In this document: one piece after another, positions 27,359 through 42,812 of the stretch
Layout: every line of letters starts with the position of its first letter
How positions within the stretch are numbered: position 1 is the first letter of the stretch
NCBI RefSeq assembly: GCF_009914755.1
Contig: NC_060933.1
Reading direction: 5' to 3' (one strand)
DNA length: 64,000 nucleotides
Source of the DNA: the human T2T-CHM13v2.0 reference genome, Homo sapiens
Program-made: the position numbers and the translations under genes
The notes under the pieces: generated by a model
Databases searched by the model: none
The model's input: the letters and a program-made list of their open reading frames with translations, nothing else
What the model was told of the DNA's origin: nothing

Positions 27359-28492
27359 CACATACACACACACACACACAAAGGATGTTAATTCTTGTTA
27401 AATGTCCATTAAATATTTGTCAAAACTGACTATATGATCTGCCATAAAAGTCAATAAATTTCAAAGGTCTGAAATTATACCAAGTATGATTCTGTGATCA
27501 CAATGAAGCTGGAAGTCAATGATAAAAAGAAAACTGGAGAATCTCTAAATGTGGAAATATTAAGCAATGACATTGGATATAGTCTATGAGTCAAAAGAAT
27601 CACAATGGCTTCATAATAATGAAGATCCAATAGATCAAACATGAAATTTTTCTAAAGCTGTGTCTAGAGAAAAATGTGTAGCTTTAAAAGTGCATATTAG
27701 AAAAGAAGAAAGGTTGGAAAATCAGTAAGGGCTGAGAAAGTAGAAAGTAATTGCAAATTAAACTCCAATAAAGTAAAAAGAATGAATTGTTGAAACAAGA
27801 GCAGAATATTACAAAATAAGAAAAAATACTTAATAGAGACGGACAAAGATGGCTCTTCAGAAGATTAAAAAATTGATAAATGACTGGCAATGTTGATTAC
27901 AGCAAAGAAAGAATAAATAAATACTTCAGGGTGAAAGAGGGAACAAAGCTACAAATACAGACAGAAATGATAATCAGAGATCCTTATAAAACTTTCATGG
28001 CAATAATTTTAGACAAATTTCTAGAAAAACACAACTAACCCAAACATAAGTGACAATCAGTCAAAAGTGCTAGTAGTCCTGTAACTATTAAAGAAACCCA
28101 TTATTAAAATTCTTTCCACAGAGAAAACTTCCACACCAGATGGCTTCAGCAGATAATTATTTTGAGACCCTGCCTTGAGGAAAAAAAAAAACACTTAATG
28201 AAGAAATAACATAAACCTTACACATATACTTTCAGAGTATAGCAAAAGGGGGTTCTCCACTAAATAATAAGAACAATATAATCTGATGATCAAAATATGT
28301 ATGTATCATTAAAAGGAAGGAAAATGTAGACCAATCATTCTCGTGAACATAGATACAAATATTCCAAGTAAAATGGTAGCAAACAAAATAAAGAGATGCA
28401 TAAAATGATACTAGATCATAACAAAGTTTTGTTTATTTCAGCAGTGCAATGTCAGTTTAATATTAGAAAATTAATCAATATAAATCACTATA

Positions 28493-28806
28493 GGCCAGGC
28501 GTGGTGGCTCAGCCTATAATCCCAGCACTTTGGGAGGTCGAGGAGGGTGGATCACCTGAGGTTGGGAGTTCGAGACCAGCCTGAGCAACATAGCAACATG
28601 GAGAAACCCCGTCTCTACTAAAAAAAAAAAATACCAAAGTAGCCAGGCCTGGTGGTGCAGGCCTGTAATCCTAGCTACTCGGGAGTCTGGGACAGGAGAC
28701 TCATTTGAACACGGGAGGTGGAGGTTGTGGTGAGCCAAGATAGCGCCATTGCATCCAGCCTGGGCACCAAGAGGAAGACTCTGTCTCAAAAATAAATAAA
28801 TAAATA
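28493..28806 (+). mobile_element. AluSp-like SINE
   Basis: CATGGAGAAACCCC diagnostic; TSD AAATCAC(T/G)ATA; (TAAA)n tail. Confidence 0.93.
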
Positions 28807-28882
28807 AAATCACGATAGTAACAGAATAAAGGGGAAAAATCACATAATCCTAAAAATGCTGGAAAAGAATTAAAATCCAACC

Positions 28883-29646
28883 TGTGAAAGGAAAATAAAA
28901 TCTCAGGACTCCCAACTCACTACACCGAAGGGAATGTTAAGGTTGGGGACTGAGCCACACAAAAACTGCCTTCCTTTTGTTCCCAGAAAGATAGCTGTAA
29001 CTTCATATGCTTACTTTATCTTATGTGAAATGTAGAGTTACCAAGCACTGGAGGAATGCATAGTAGACTGTTCCTCTACCCCAGGGATATCCAATCTTTT
29101 GACTTTCTTGGGCCACATTGGAAGAAGAAGAAGAATTGTCTTGGGCCACACATAAAATACACTAACACTAACAATAGCTGATGAGCTAAAAACAAAAACA
29201 AAAACAAAAAAACAAAAATCACAAACAAATCTCACAAATGTTTTAGGAAAGTTTGCAGAGTTGTGTTGGGTCACATTCAAAGCTGTCCTGGGCCACACGC
29301 ATCCCACAGGCTGTGGGTTGGACAAGCTTGCTCTATCCCCTCCTTCCATAAGTAAAATGTGGATTCAGTGAGTGCTAACAAAAGCCTAACAAGAATGTAA
29401 CCACTTCCTCATTGCCTATACTCTTACTCTCTTTTTGCCTTTTGTCTTTTCCCACCTGCTCACTCTTTCCCCCTTTAAATACTGAAGTCCTCAAAACCCT
29501 CTTTGGAAGAATCACAAGTCACAAAACCAACCGTAACTTGTGTTTCTTTTTTCCTAAGTGTGTCCTCAACTTTGGCAAAATAAACCTCAAAACCAGTTGA
29601 GACTTGGCCTCAGTCTCTTTTTGTTTGTTTGGTTGGTTGGTTTACA
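28883..29646 (+). mobile_element. MER4-group ERV1 solo LTR (MER72/MER87-like) containing MER30
   Basis: TGTGAAAGGAAAATAAAATCTCAGGAC ... TTGGCAAAATAAACC ... TTTACA; perfect 4-bp TSD AACC. Confidence 0.8.
29082..29330 (+). mobile_element. MER30 hAT-Charlie element
   Basis: CAGGGATATCCAATCTTTT ... GGTTGGACAAGCTTG; 8-bp TSD CTCTA(C/T)CC. Confidence 0.92.
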
Positions 29647-30271
29647 AACCCTTCACTATGATTAAAACTCTCAGCTCACATGTAACAGATAGGAATGTCC
29701 TCATTCTGAGAAAGGATGACATGATTGTGCAAGGAAAACATCCAAAAGAATCCACAAATAAATTTAGCATGTTAATCATTGAAATTAACGAAGTCTCTAG
29801 ATACAAATTTATTATACAAAACTAAATTGTATTGCTACATGCCAACAGGAGGAAATAAGAAAATGCTGCTTTAAAATTCTACTTGTTACAATAACAAATA
29901 AAATAAATCAAATACCTAAGCATAAAACACTCTCAAAATCACAAGAATTTTACACAAAAAAACTAAAAAAAATTATTGAGAATAATTAAGCAAGGCCTAA
30001 ACCAATAGAAGAATATATAGTACTTAAGGGTTAAAAGACTCAACTCTGTAGCAATGTCAGCTCTCCCTGTACTGAGACTAAGGAATCAGTGTTGGTCCTG
30101 TGCAGATCTTCCCTGATTTGTTTTGTTTACATTTTTCGTTTTTTGCAAAAATTAGCAAGCTCATTTTAAAAACCCATACAGAAATATGAAGCCAGAAATG
30201 ACCTAAATAATCTTAATAAGAAAAACAGAGTTTGAGGACTTATACGATCAGATATGAGATATTGTAAAGAC

Positions 30272-30697
30272 TGTTAAATAGAATTCATGGGAAGCAGTTG
30301 TTTTGGACTGAACTCCTCCACTAGGCCCCAGCTGATCAGACCAAATCAGAATGGAGTCACAAGTCTAGGTACCACATGATCAAACTGAACTTTGAAATGG
30401 GCCAGTTTTCCGAGAAATGGGAGATTCACCTGTCAAAAGGGGCCCAGTTTACCTGAGCCAGCATAATCAAGAAGTCCCCCTTGTTTAACCCTACAGAGAA
30501 CGTAACTTTGAAAAGACGAATCCCATCTCGTTTCCTGTTTCAGCTTTCTTCTTATTGCCAATAAAGCCAGACTTCTCTGCTCAGCTCATCAGAGCATTCA
30601 TTTTGTTTGGTAAAATGAGATGTTGTCCCATTCTAGATTCACTAACAAAAGCCAGTTCAATTCTTAAACTAAATCTGTTGCATTTTGTCTTTTGACA
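30272..30697 (+). mobile_element. ERV1 solo LTR (MER65/MER93-like)
   Basis: TG...CA ends; CAGACCAAATCAGAATGGAGTCAC; TSD AG(A/G)C; L1 sequence resumes on both sides. Confidence 0.7.
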
Positions 30698-31211
30698 AGG
30701 CAGTGTAGTGTGGGGACAAGGATAGATAAATAGTCCAATGGAACACAATAGAACGTTTATTAACAGGCCCAAGCATAAAAAGACACTTGATTTTGGACAG
30801 CGGTAACACCATGGGACAGGGGAAAGTATGGTTCTTTAAAAAAAAGTACCAAGTAAATTGAATATAAATAGAGAAAAAATAAAAATGGTCACTCTGTTTC
30901 ACAGGATACAGAGAAATTAAGTCTTCATAGATTATAGGTCTAAATGTGAAAAACAAATTAACAACATTTCAAAAAATAACATATGGTCTTATGATAAGGC
31001 AATATTTCTCAAACAAGATAAACATAATGGAAAAGATTGATCAATTAGAATCGTTAAAATCAAGCATTATTTACCAAAATATCTCATAAAAAAGGAATGG
31101 CTTGCTGCAGAGTAGAAGAGATTTGTGATACATATTATATGTAGGTGGCAAAAGACTAATGCTCAGAATACATTTTTTAAATCATTAAGAAAAAGATAAT
31201 TTAATTTTTGA

Positions 31212-31406
31212 GGCCAATGTCCTTTCCTGGCTCTCTCAGGCCAGGATCTGCTTGAGAGGTCTGCATTGTTCTCCCCAGAAAGCAGTTATCTAAGTGATAA
31301 ACCTTTTCACATGCTCCTGGCCTAGGGTGTGATGGTGTCATCAATGTCAATATTTGAACCAAATTTTGTGTGGGAATCCTCCTGCTTCTACAGTGATCAC
31401 AGCAGT
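31212..31406 (+). mobile_element. ERV LTR 3' fragment (MER73/MER54-like)
   Basis: GATAAACCTTTTCACA...TTTGAACCAAATTTTGTGTGGG...GTGATCACAGCA. Confidence 0.4.
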
Positions 31407-32504
31407 TTATCCAACAAATATTAGGATTTTAAAAAGTAATGTACACAATTTGTGTGTTTTGTTCTATCTAGTCCCCAAATTTTTAGAAAAGGAATTGGAG
31501 GTGCACACTCACACATTTGTATGCACACACACGTCTAGTGTCTGGATACCAATCAGAAACAGCATTTTTTTAAAGGACCCACAAGAAATTGGCAACTATA
31601 GTTGCCTCTGGGGAGTGAAAAAATTATTTTGTTACAGGGCAACTATCTTTAACAATGGCATTTTCCTTTTATTATATTCACTTATTATTTCTCAAGTTAA
31701 AAAAGAAAAACTAGTTAAAGAACAAACAAATAAATACAATTCAGTCCAAACTTTAAAAAAGAGGAAAGAAAGGAAAAGAGGAAGACATAATCTTTCATAA
31801 TAAATAAAAGAACAAACAAAATGCGTGCAGCAGAGTCTAAAGTCCATGGTACACACTAAACTTCCACTTTTGCAGGTGCTACAAAAAGTACTCCGCTGAT
31901 GCTTTAGTTACATGGACCACTCCAGATAAAAATGAAGATCCTCCTGTAACAGACAGCTAATTTTTACAACTTCTTGCCATCCTTTGGAAAATATATTTTC
32001 TAGGGTATACACTATTATTAGGACTTTTATCCTTTTGTACACTTGAGAAGTCAACTGCTGAAGAATAAAATAAGCATCATCCAGAGACGCCTTTGAGCAT
32101 CACAATGCAGTGGTTCTTTCATGGAACACATTCTGAATGGAGCTTCTCTTTTTGATACTATTGTAAGTAATGGAAATACCAGCGAATCTTGCCAAGACTT
32201 TAAACATAGCGAGAGTTAGATGAATGTGGCTCACTTATTTCTGAAATAATGGGGCTACAGCATATGCTCTTCAGACCACTTCTAGCCCAAATAATCCAAC
32301 ATCTGAGCAATTCACCTACACTACTGTCTTTTGTATGTCTCAATATGTGCAGCATTTTAAAAAGTATTGAACTTTGAATCATTTTGAGATAATAGGGCAC
32401 CTGGAGTGGAAAAAGTGGATGTCATCTCCAGCCATGTCTTGGACCTCTCTCCATTTCATTAAGTATATCTTCCTGAATTTAAGGGGAGTGTGTTGGATTG
32501 ATGA

Positions 32505-33052
32505 TTGTGTCTGTGTGACTTTGACCAAACAGAAGTGACACAGTGCAGGTTTCCAGTTTGAGGCCATAAGAGATCAGCAGCTTCCACCCCCTGTTCTGAG
32601 CCACTCACTCTGGGAAAAGCCAGCTACAGGGTAAGAAGTAGGGCCGTGGAGGCTGCCATTCCTGGGCTGCCAAGGCATGAGCATTGGAGAGGCTGCATGG
32701 AGAGACAGATGCCTGACCAGACCCCAGCTGTCCTTGTCCTCCCAGCCCAACCACCCTCTTCAGTGAAGAGTGCAGAAGCCAGTGAAAGCTGTCTCCAACA
32801 TTCCAACTCCAGCAGGTGACAGATGGAGAGTACTAAAGGAACCTAGTCCTGTACCGGGCACAAGGCCACAGTCAAGCATCCCAGCCCTGTCCAGCCATTA
32901 GAGTTGCCCTATAGGAAGCTCAGGAGACTAGCCAATCCCACTGTGACCTGTGTGAATGTCCAACCCAGAACATCATGAGGAAAAATAAAATGGTTATTTT
33001 ATACAACTGAGTTTTGGGGGGATTGTTATGCAGCACTAGATAACTGGAGCCA
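32505..33052 (+). mobile_element. MLT1 (G/H-like) MaLR LTR
   Basis: GTGACTTTGACCAAACAGAAGTGAC; ends GAGTTTTGGGGGATTGTTATGCAGCACTAGATAACTGG. Confidence 0.75.
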
Positions 33053-33881
33053 AGAGCCGGTGGGAAAGGGTGGAGAAGATGCAGGGGGTGGGCAGATGAT
33101 GCCCAGCACAGCCATCCCTCGCATTCCTGCTGAAGCTGAAGACCAAGCTGTTGCCTGCGTGGCACCCAGTCCCTAATAAAATGACCCAAGTAAGAAAAAT
33201 CAACAAAGAGGAAGCAAATCGCAGCAGCAAATACATATAGAAAGGGGGAAAAAACATGCCATTGTTTAATGTAATGTAATAATGTAGAATATTCTGGCAT
33301 GCCTTGCTGTCAGTCCTACCCCAGACTCTGTCTCCGGACACCTCAGGTGCACAGGTGCACATTGAGGTAGACACAAAACCCCAAGAATCCTTACCCATCC
33401 CTCAATTCTGGAAAGAAGGTAGATTTTTTTGATTGGAGTTCAGCGTAGTGGATATGATTGTTATGAAAGGGTCTGACTTTTAGGGAGTGTGCAAAGTCCA
33501 AGGATCCATTTCATGGCCCTAGGAAACCCATTGTGGTGGTTTCTGTAAACTCTGGTCCAGGACGTTTAACAACATTTCACTAGAAAGGAGAGGAGAGCCT
33601 CTCCCGCACTCCACTCTCATTCCCTCCGGCCACTCGAAAGTGTCTACAACTTGCAGTATCTGGTCTTGATGCTGAAAGATGGAGGGAAAAGAATTAAATG
33701 AGTTAGTGGTCACCAGCCAGACCCATAGCATTCACCTTGGACAGAGCTGCCCCAGCCTGAGTCTGATGAAAAAGAGCCAGCATGACTGCAAAACAGAAGC
33801 AGCACAGCCATAAAGGCAGGTGAGAGAAACAGCATAAAAATGCAAAAACGTAAAGTGGTTCCTAGGAGCTTGGTATAGAAG

Positions 33882-34333
33882 TGTGAAAGGAAAATATCTT
33901 GGGCCCCCAAAATCATACAGATAAAAGGAGAATTCGAGCTGGAAACTGCTCAATGCAAACCTGCCTCCCACTCTCTTCAAAGTCATCCTTCTGCTCCCTG
34001 AGATAGATGTGTATTCTGATTGCCTCCTTTGGAAAGGCTTATCAGAAACTCCAAAGAATGCAACCATTTGTCTCTCACGTACCTGTGACCTGGGAGCCCC
34101 ACTCCCTGCTTCGAGTTGTCCCCGCCTTTCTTGACGGAACCAATGTAGTTCTTACATATATTGATTGATGTCTCATGTCTCCCTAAAATATATAAAACCA
34201 AGTTGTCCCCCAACTACCTTGGGTACATATTGTCAGGACTTCCTGAGGCTGTGTCACGGGTATGTATCCTCAACCTTGGCAAAATAAATTTTCTAAATTA
34301 ACTGAGACCTGTCTCAAATTTTCTGGGTTTATA
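33882..34333 (+). mobile_element. MER4A1-like ERV1 solo LTR
   Basis: TGTGAAAGGAAAATATCTTGGGCCCCCAAAATC ... CCTTGGCAAAATAAA; perfect TSD GAAG. Confidence 0.9.
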
Positions 34334-34339
34334 GAAGAA

Positions 34340-35100
34340 AACCTAACCTGAGGAACAGAAATGAATTCCTGATAATATTTCAATCCAGAAAACACTTTAA
34401 TGAGAATGAACACATATTTTTTTAAAGGCGTGCTCAAAGGCCAAACAATTAACAAAACAGTATTTAAGGGGCAATAAAGAGCTAAGAAAACAAACTGAAA
34501 CCAAAATTAAAAATTGCAAAGAGCAAACTAAACAATCCTGAAAACTGAATCAATGACATACAGAGAGGCCTATTATGATAATAGTAAAAGAAAAGGACAG
34601 AAATTTAACTAACCAGAAGAAAATGAAAAGAACTCCAAAACACCAAAATTGATCTGATGTTAGGATAATTCAAGTCTATGAAACAAAGAACAAAACTAAC
34701 AGAGAAGAAAAAATTTTCAAAGACAAAAAGCAAGAAAATTTCCTTGAGTTGAATTAGAAGAACCAAATCTTTCTCTAACAGGAAGATTAATACTGTAACA
34801 TAATGTAGCTAACTTATTGCAATTCAAGACTGACAAAACAAAAATTGCTAATCATGGAACAAATCATCTAAAGAGAAAAAAAATCAGGCTGCTCTCACAA
34901 CTCATTATATTAATATTTACTTAATGCTAGATGACAATGGAGAGATATCTACAGTGTTCTGAGGAAAGGGCTATGTGACCACAGTTACATGACCCCACTA
35001 GTCATCTGCAACTGGTGATGCCAAAAAGAAAAGAAACAACCAATACATCTTTGAAAAACAAAACAAAGCTTAGAAAAATCACAAGCAAAAGAAGAAATAA
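34340..35100 (+). mobile_element. Old L1M/HAL1 ORF1-region fragment
   Basis: A-rich; GAAAATTTCCTTGAG, AAAATCAGGCTG, GACAATGGAGAGATATCTACAGTGTTCTGAGG. Confidence 0.5.
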
Positions 35101-35283
35101 TTATAAAAGCCTACGCATTACAAGTAGCTAACATTTGCCCAAGGCTTCTTATATGACAGGTCCTGATTTTATTATATTTATTCTCTCAGGAGCCTTGAGA
35201 AGTAAGCACAGTGTCTATTCTCACTTAACTGAATGTGGCGGTACACAGAATAGTGTGTTTAATAGTAATTCAGGATTTCTCTT

Positions 35284-36033
<750 letters not shown>

Positions 36034-36092
36034 TCTTGGTGATGAAAACAGCCCATTAGACATCAATCAAAATAACCAAATAAGAAACAGAG

Positions 36093-36195
36093 TAAGATGG
36101 GAGGACTGCTTGAGGCCAGGAGTTAGAAACCAGCCTGGGCAACATAATGAGATCCCACAACTACTAAAAATAAAAATAATAAATAATTTTAAAAA
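36093..36195 (+). mobile_element. 5'-truncated Alu monomer (FLAM/AluJ left arm)
   Basis: GGGAGGACTGCTTGAGGCCAGGAGTT...CCAGCCTGGGCAACATA plus A-rich tail; flanks AAGAAACA(G/A)AG. Confidence 0.8.
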
Positions 36196-37221
36196 GAAAC
36201 AAAGAAGCTGTAGTTTAAAATAAACAAACACACATCTAGAACCCTTTAACTATATCCATTTTATATTTTATAAAAACAAGTCATAAACTCTTGGTGAAAA
36301 GTTCTTTAAGACTTAGAGAAACTAAGTGGAAATGAATCCAACTGGATATGTTTCACTGTCCAAAAGTTAGCCTGGAATTCAGAGTTAGGGCTTATTATCC
36401 AAAGATAGTGCCTGGATAGAAAAATTCAAAAATCTCAAGTTATAATACCTGATCGGACTGTTTTTATTTCTCCTTTTAAATTATATCCCCAGATCTCAAA
36501 AATCTAGGATTGCTAGTCAAACGTGTCTGTTATTTACACATACCTTGTATAAGGCAATTCATTTCTACTATGGGCACTCTCAGGTTGAAAGGTGGTACTT
36601 CTCAGAACCCTGTGAAATTCTTGAATAGACTGGCCATTTCTCTAGGACCACTGTCAATAGAACAATAATGCTTCTAAAAGACTGCCCTACAGCATTCAGA
36701 TAAAAGTACTTTAAACCATCAAAACACGTCTGGAATACCAAGTTCTGTAACCTGAAGTTCTGCATGACACTAATAGTTTTTTTGTCTATGTTGCAAACAC
36801 TTGTCATGATAAAATCTTAATAACTACTTAAATATCTATGCTGAACATTCAGAATGCCAAAACAGCCACAAATTTTGAATGAGAAATTACAGTTCAAATT
36901 ATTATCTTATTAATGTACTCCAGAGACTGTGCTTTTTTATCTTATCAAAAGAGTAAGCTAAATTGTTATATATGACTTTTTTCATGGCAAAGATCCATGT
37001 AATTATTTTGAGAAACTTGTGTGAATTGACACGTATTTCACATGATGCAAGGATAATATATCTTCACATAGGTGTGTGTTAATAAAATTATGTAAACTGG
37101 AATATTTTCTAGTTAACTTAGTTTAATACCTTATTTTCTCCTAAATCATGTTTCAATGGGTAGTGTCTCTTAATATTTTAAGTTGGTCTTTCTTTATTCC
37201 TCCTACTTCCAATCTCCCTAA

Positions 37222-37265
37222 AACACACAGACACACACACGCACACACGTGCACACACACACACA
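37222..37265. repeat. Imperfect (CA)n microsatellite
   Basis: Direct reading. Confidence 0.85.
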
Positions 37266-37933
37266 ATTAATGCCTTTTTCAAGTTATCTGAAAGAGCATT
37301 TCTTAAAGCATTTCTGAAATATAAATAATGAGTTCTAATTTATGTTCTGAGGAAACTGAATTATTTTGTATTGATGCAGTCAAACTGTTATAAAATAGTG
37401 ATATCTGCATAGAGTTTTGAGGCTAAAAGAAAACTAATCAATCAACTCATCAAGCCTTCTTATTTCATACATAAGAAAACCAGGCACCAGCAGCATGGGA
37501 TTGCCAGAATTAAAAGGACAGTTTCATTCAAGAGGCTGGTAGACTGCCCAGGTGAGAATCTCTCTTCTAGCACCTTGCATAGTACCAGAGAAGGCAATTT
37601 CATTTAGCGACAGCTGCAGCTTAGATCTTTTCATGATTCTTAATTCAATATAAGGTTGGTAATTAGGGAGAACTTATGTCCTACAGGTCTGGCAGATGTA
37701 GGAAGGATGATGTACAGTGTTTAAAAATACTAAGAGGGCAGGCTATGCTCCCTGACCTCCTGTCCTTCATGCCCACATAGCTAAATGCCTTCCCTGTCCA
37801 TCAGTTTCACGGTAACTTCTTGAGAGCCTGATCTCCGCTTCATCTTCTAACCTTCTAACCAGCTACTTCTTTCTATACAGCAATCTGACCTCCACTCGAC
37901 TTCTCAATCAAATTGGCTCTCCTGTAAGGTCAC

Positions 37934-38610
<677 letters not shown>

Positions 38611-39309
38611 GTCACCAAAGACCTCTTTTGGGTAAATAGATATTTGTCAGCCTGTTTCTTATTTAACCTCCAGGAAGCATTGGGCCATGCTGACAGCTCT
38701 TTCTAGAAGTACTCTCATGAAATACTTCTCATGAAGTATTCTCAGGGTTCTCTCCTTACTCTGCGGCCCTTTATCAGCCTTCTTTGCGTAGACTTCTTCC
38801 TCTGTGTGCCACAAATGATAAAGTTAGCTAAAGCCTGCCCAGTCCCTTTTCTTTTCTCACGCATGGTCCTCTCCCTGGGAGGTGTTTCATCTAGTCCAGT
38901 ACCTTCATTGCCATCTCCAAATACATGGCTCCATTCCAGGGTTCCCTCTGATGCCCATCACCTGGAGGCAATCACAAATGGAACAAAGCCAACAGGGTGC
39001 CTCACCAGATCATTAAATATAATCAGCCTCTGCCTAAAAGTTCAGTCTCTCACCACAAGCTCCCTCCTGCCTTAGATGATATTTCAAAAGTGGTATTTCC
39101 TCTGCTAAATACATTGAATTTATTTTTTAGGTCTCCACTTAATATTGTGTGTTTCTCTTTGTAGTGCTTTCCATTGGCCCCCGTCACCTCTCCATCATGA
39201 CACTGGTCACAGGTTTCATAAAGGACTTATTTAATTTTTTCTTCAACCAAATTGTGGGCAAATAGCACTAAGAATTCACTACTCTGACTTACACAGCTTA
39301 ATTTTTTAT

Positions 39310-39505
39310 TGTACTTCATAGCACTTAACAATCCTCTGATATATTACTTATTTGTACCTTCAATTGACTTTATCATCTCACCAGAGCATAAGATCAATGA
39401 ACCCATGAATAGGCTTTTCTGTTCTGTTTCTGCTGTATCGATCCCTAATGCCTGGTGGATAGCAGATACATACTTTATAATTTTAGACAAAAGAATTAAC
39501 AGAAT
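39310..39505 (+). mobile_element. L2 3' end fragment
   Basis: CTTCATAGCACTTA...CTCACCAGAGCATAAGATCAATGA...CTGCTGTATC...TGCCTGG. Confidence 0.6.
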
Positions 39506-39544
39506 AGTTAATTAATAATATCTCAAAAATAAAGTTATCATACA

Positions 39545-39899
<355 letters not shown>

Positions 39900-40589
39900 T
39901 CATGAGATGGATTGAAATAATTACTGAATTGCAGGAAATGTTAGAGCACTATATTTGCAACCCATGTATATTTTCTTTGGATTTATTAAAATCGGCAGTG
40001 TGACTATATATCTTTCTATATATTTCATATAACCTCTATTTTCTGATATAGAACTGTTCTTCCAGAGTCTGACCACTGTTCCTACTTAGCAGGGATCCTC
40101 CTGGAATGGTGTGTATCCTAGCTCAGATATGTCAATGACAAACATCAGTGCCATAAACACAAATGTGTGTGCATTTATTTTCTGTTTTTCACTGCAGTGT
40201 ATGTAATATTAGACCATTAAGATATAAATAATATGAACCAAGAGTTTGAGCTTGTCAATAAAGTGCTGTCCTTGCATTTCTATTTACTTTGATGCTAGCG
40301 TGGTATTAAAATACATATTTGCCATAAAAGCAATGAGTGGGATCTGTATTAAGCACATCCTGATTTTTCCATGGCAAGTTACTATCTACTGAGTCAAAGT
40401 CTAACAATTGTCTGATAATAGCTTCAGACAATTTTATCCTCTTCTTGAGAGAGTTCTCAAAAGTGTATTCAATTATTCAAGAGGAAATCAATGATCCAGA
40501 AATCCACCATTTCTTCCAGAAAAATACAGAAGTGGGAACCCCAGGCAGACCTGGAAATTGTTGAGAAGAAAGACAGAAAAGAGTTGTGA

Positions 40590-40898
40590 AGCCGGGCGTG
40601 GTCGTTCATACCTATAATCCCAGCACTTTGGGAGGCCGAGGTGGGCAGATCACGAGGTCAGGAGATTGAGACCATCCCAGCTAACACGGTGAAACCCCGT
40701 CTCTACTAAAAATACAAAAAATTAGCCGGGCATGATGGTGGGCGCCTGTAGTCCCAACTACTTGGGAGGCTGAGCGGGAGAATGGCATGAACCCAGGAGG
40801 CGAAACTTGCAGTGAGCCGAGATCACGCCGCTGTCCTCCAGCCTGGGCAACAGAGCGAGACTCCATCTCAAGAAAAAATAATAATAAAAAATAATAAT
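40590..40898 (+). mobile_element. AluY SINE
   Basis: GAGACCATCCCAGCTAACACGGTG; GAATGGCATGAACC; perfect TSD AAGAGTTGTGA. Confidence 0.95.
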
Positions 40899-41617
40899 AA
40901 GAGTTGTGAGACAACACATAGGTTGTTCCGCTGTTTCTGGCTTTGTTTTTTGTGAGCAGTCGTTGGGTAGCAGTGGATTAAGTGCTTGTATCAACACAAT
41001 CCCTATACTTTCAGAGATGTTATTGGTGTCTCCTAGATCGGGACTGTAATGTCATAGTTATTATTCATTAGTTGATATGATAAATTACTCGCCAACATTC
41101 CACCCATGGAATAAATGCGTATAAAGTGTTTGTGGCCAGAACGGTGAAACAAAGTCAGGTAATAGAAAATTTCAGCTGTTCGTTGAGGACAAGGTGAGAT
41201 AAAAAGATGCTGAGGAGCAACGTCCTAAATGGATGTGACCCAAGTAAAGTGTCATCATGGCAACAAGGGCAGGAGAGTTAATTGGTGACACTGGGGGAGG
41301 CAAGTGAGATATTATTTCAACTGACTCTTCGAGGAGTAGGAGTTTACCAAGCAATTAAAGAGAGAGTGAGTGACATTCAGGCAGAGGAACTCCATGAAAA
41401 CCACCTCTTCTTTCTCCATAATTGGTTCAGGGTCATGGACATATGGGGAAGAAGCAATGGTGAGACTGAAGATGGTGTCAGATAATAAGATGGCCAGGAT
41501 TGTGAAGCACCTGGCATACGTAGCTAAAGATTTACAATGTTATCAATTACAAAATGCATTCTTTTAAATTTTTACTTAGTCGTTAACATATATGACTTTT
41601 AATTATGAATATTTATC

Positions 41618-41763
41618 GGCTTGGCACGGTGGCTCATGCCTGTAATCCCTGCACTTTGGGAGGCTGAGGCAGGCGGATCATGAGGTCAGGAGTTCGAGAC
41701 CAGCCTGGCCAATATTGTGAAACCCCATCTCTACTAAAAATACAAAAATTCGCCAGAAAAAAA
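41618..41763 (+). mobile_element. AluS (Sg-like) left arm only, with short A tail
   Basis: Left arm, linker, ~8 nt of right arm, then A7; TSD AA(T/G)ATTTATC. Confidence 0.88.
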
Positions 41764-42812
41764 GATTTATCTTAGAAACTTGAATTATAAACCCATCAGG
41801 TTTTAGCTCTTTTTAAATTTCATCAATATAATGATGATTGTGATGTATTGGATAAGCCAGAGTGAGAAGAAGATGGTGATAAAGAGATCAGTTAAGAGCC
41901 TACTGTAATAACATAAGCAAGAAATAATAACAGTTTGAGCTCAAGCATTGCATCACAGCCAAGTTTTAGAAGAAGCAACGAGGAGGATCTGGTAAATAAC
42001 TGCTGGGATCTGGTGGGGGCTCAAGGGAGAAGGTGGGGATGACACTGGGATTTCTAACATGGGAGAGAGAGAGAAATTCTGCTAAACGATGTCAAGAATC
42101 AGAGAGCAAAAAAAGTGAGGAAGCAGAGAGCGTACTATAGCTCTGGCCATACTAACTGTGAAGACCTGCAGAACACCCAGGCCTGTGTACTCAGGCTGAA
42201 GAGAGGCTGCTCCCACAGATATAACCTTGAGTTTTAGGACATGGCAAAGCAGAGATTCCCCCAGACACACTGTGTATAGCAGAAGTAGGAGAACACCGGT
42301 GTAGGTTATTCAGAAAATGCTCTAATACTTTAATTCAAGGGCTAACTCTCAGCCTTTTTCTCAACAGTCATCTCAGGTGCACCTGACAGAGTCGTCGATC
42401 ACTCTCTCGGGAACAGTTGTCCACTGGGCTCCTAGACCATTGTCTGGATTCCGTACTGTGCCCAGAGTGCTGCTCCATCTTCTCCAGATCCACCTTCTAT
42501 TTCCAGTCTCTAAATGTTGAGATGTTTTAGGAATCTGTCCTTGGCCTTATTCTTTTTCCTATTTATACTTACTACTTAGTGTAAGTTTCATCTGGTCCCA
42601 TGGTTTTAAACACTGTACATTCATGCATTCATTTAGCAGATATTTAAGTGTCTATTTAGTACCTAACCCTTATTAGTCTCACATGGCTATGAATAAAACA
42701 GACTCTGTTCTCATGAAATTTACCATCTTATTAGAGGGAAATAGAAAATAAAAATATAAAATGTGTAGGTATGCAAAGAAAAATAAAGGACATTAAGGAG
42801 CTGGAGGACAGA

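Larger units (their letters stand above)
27400..31200 (+). mobile_element. Long, highly diverged L1M ORF2 region broken by Alu and LTR insertions
   Basis: Colinear L1 ORF2 motifs (GACAAATTTCTAGAAAAACACAACTAACC; CCAGATGGCTTCA; GATGACATGATTG; AAAAGACTCAA) resume after each insertion. Confidence 0.75.

Noticed and set aside
31354-31800. 148-aa ORF
   Set aside because: TTG start; spans an LTR fragment and A-rich L1-like sequence; low-complexity Lys-rich tail.
38706-38744. Three imperfect copies of GAAGTACTCTCAT (similar micro-duplications near 22956, 48002 and 59051)
   Set aside because: Ordinary short slippage duplications with no further structure.
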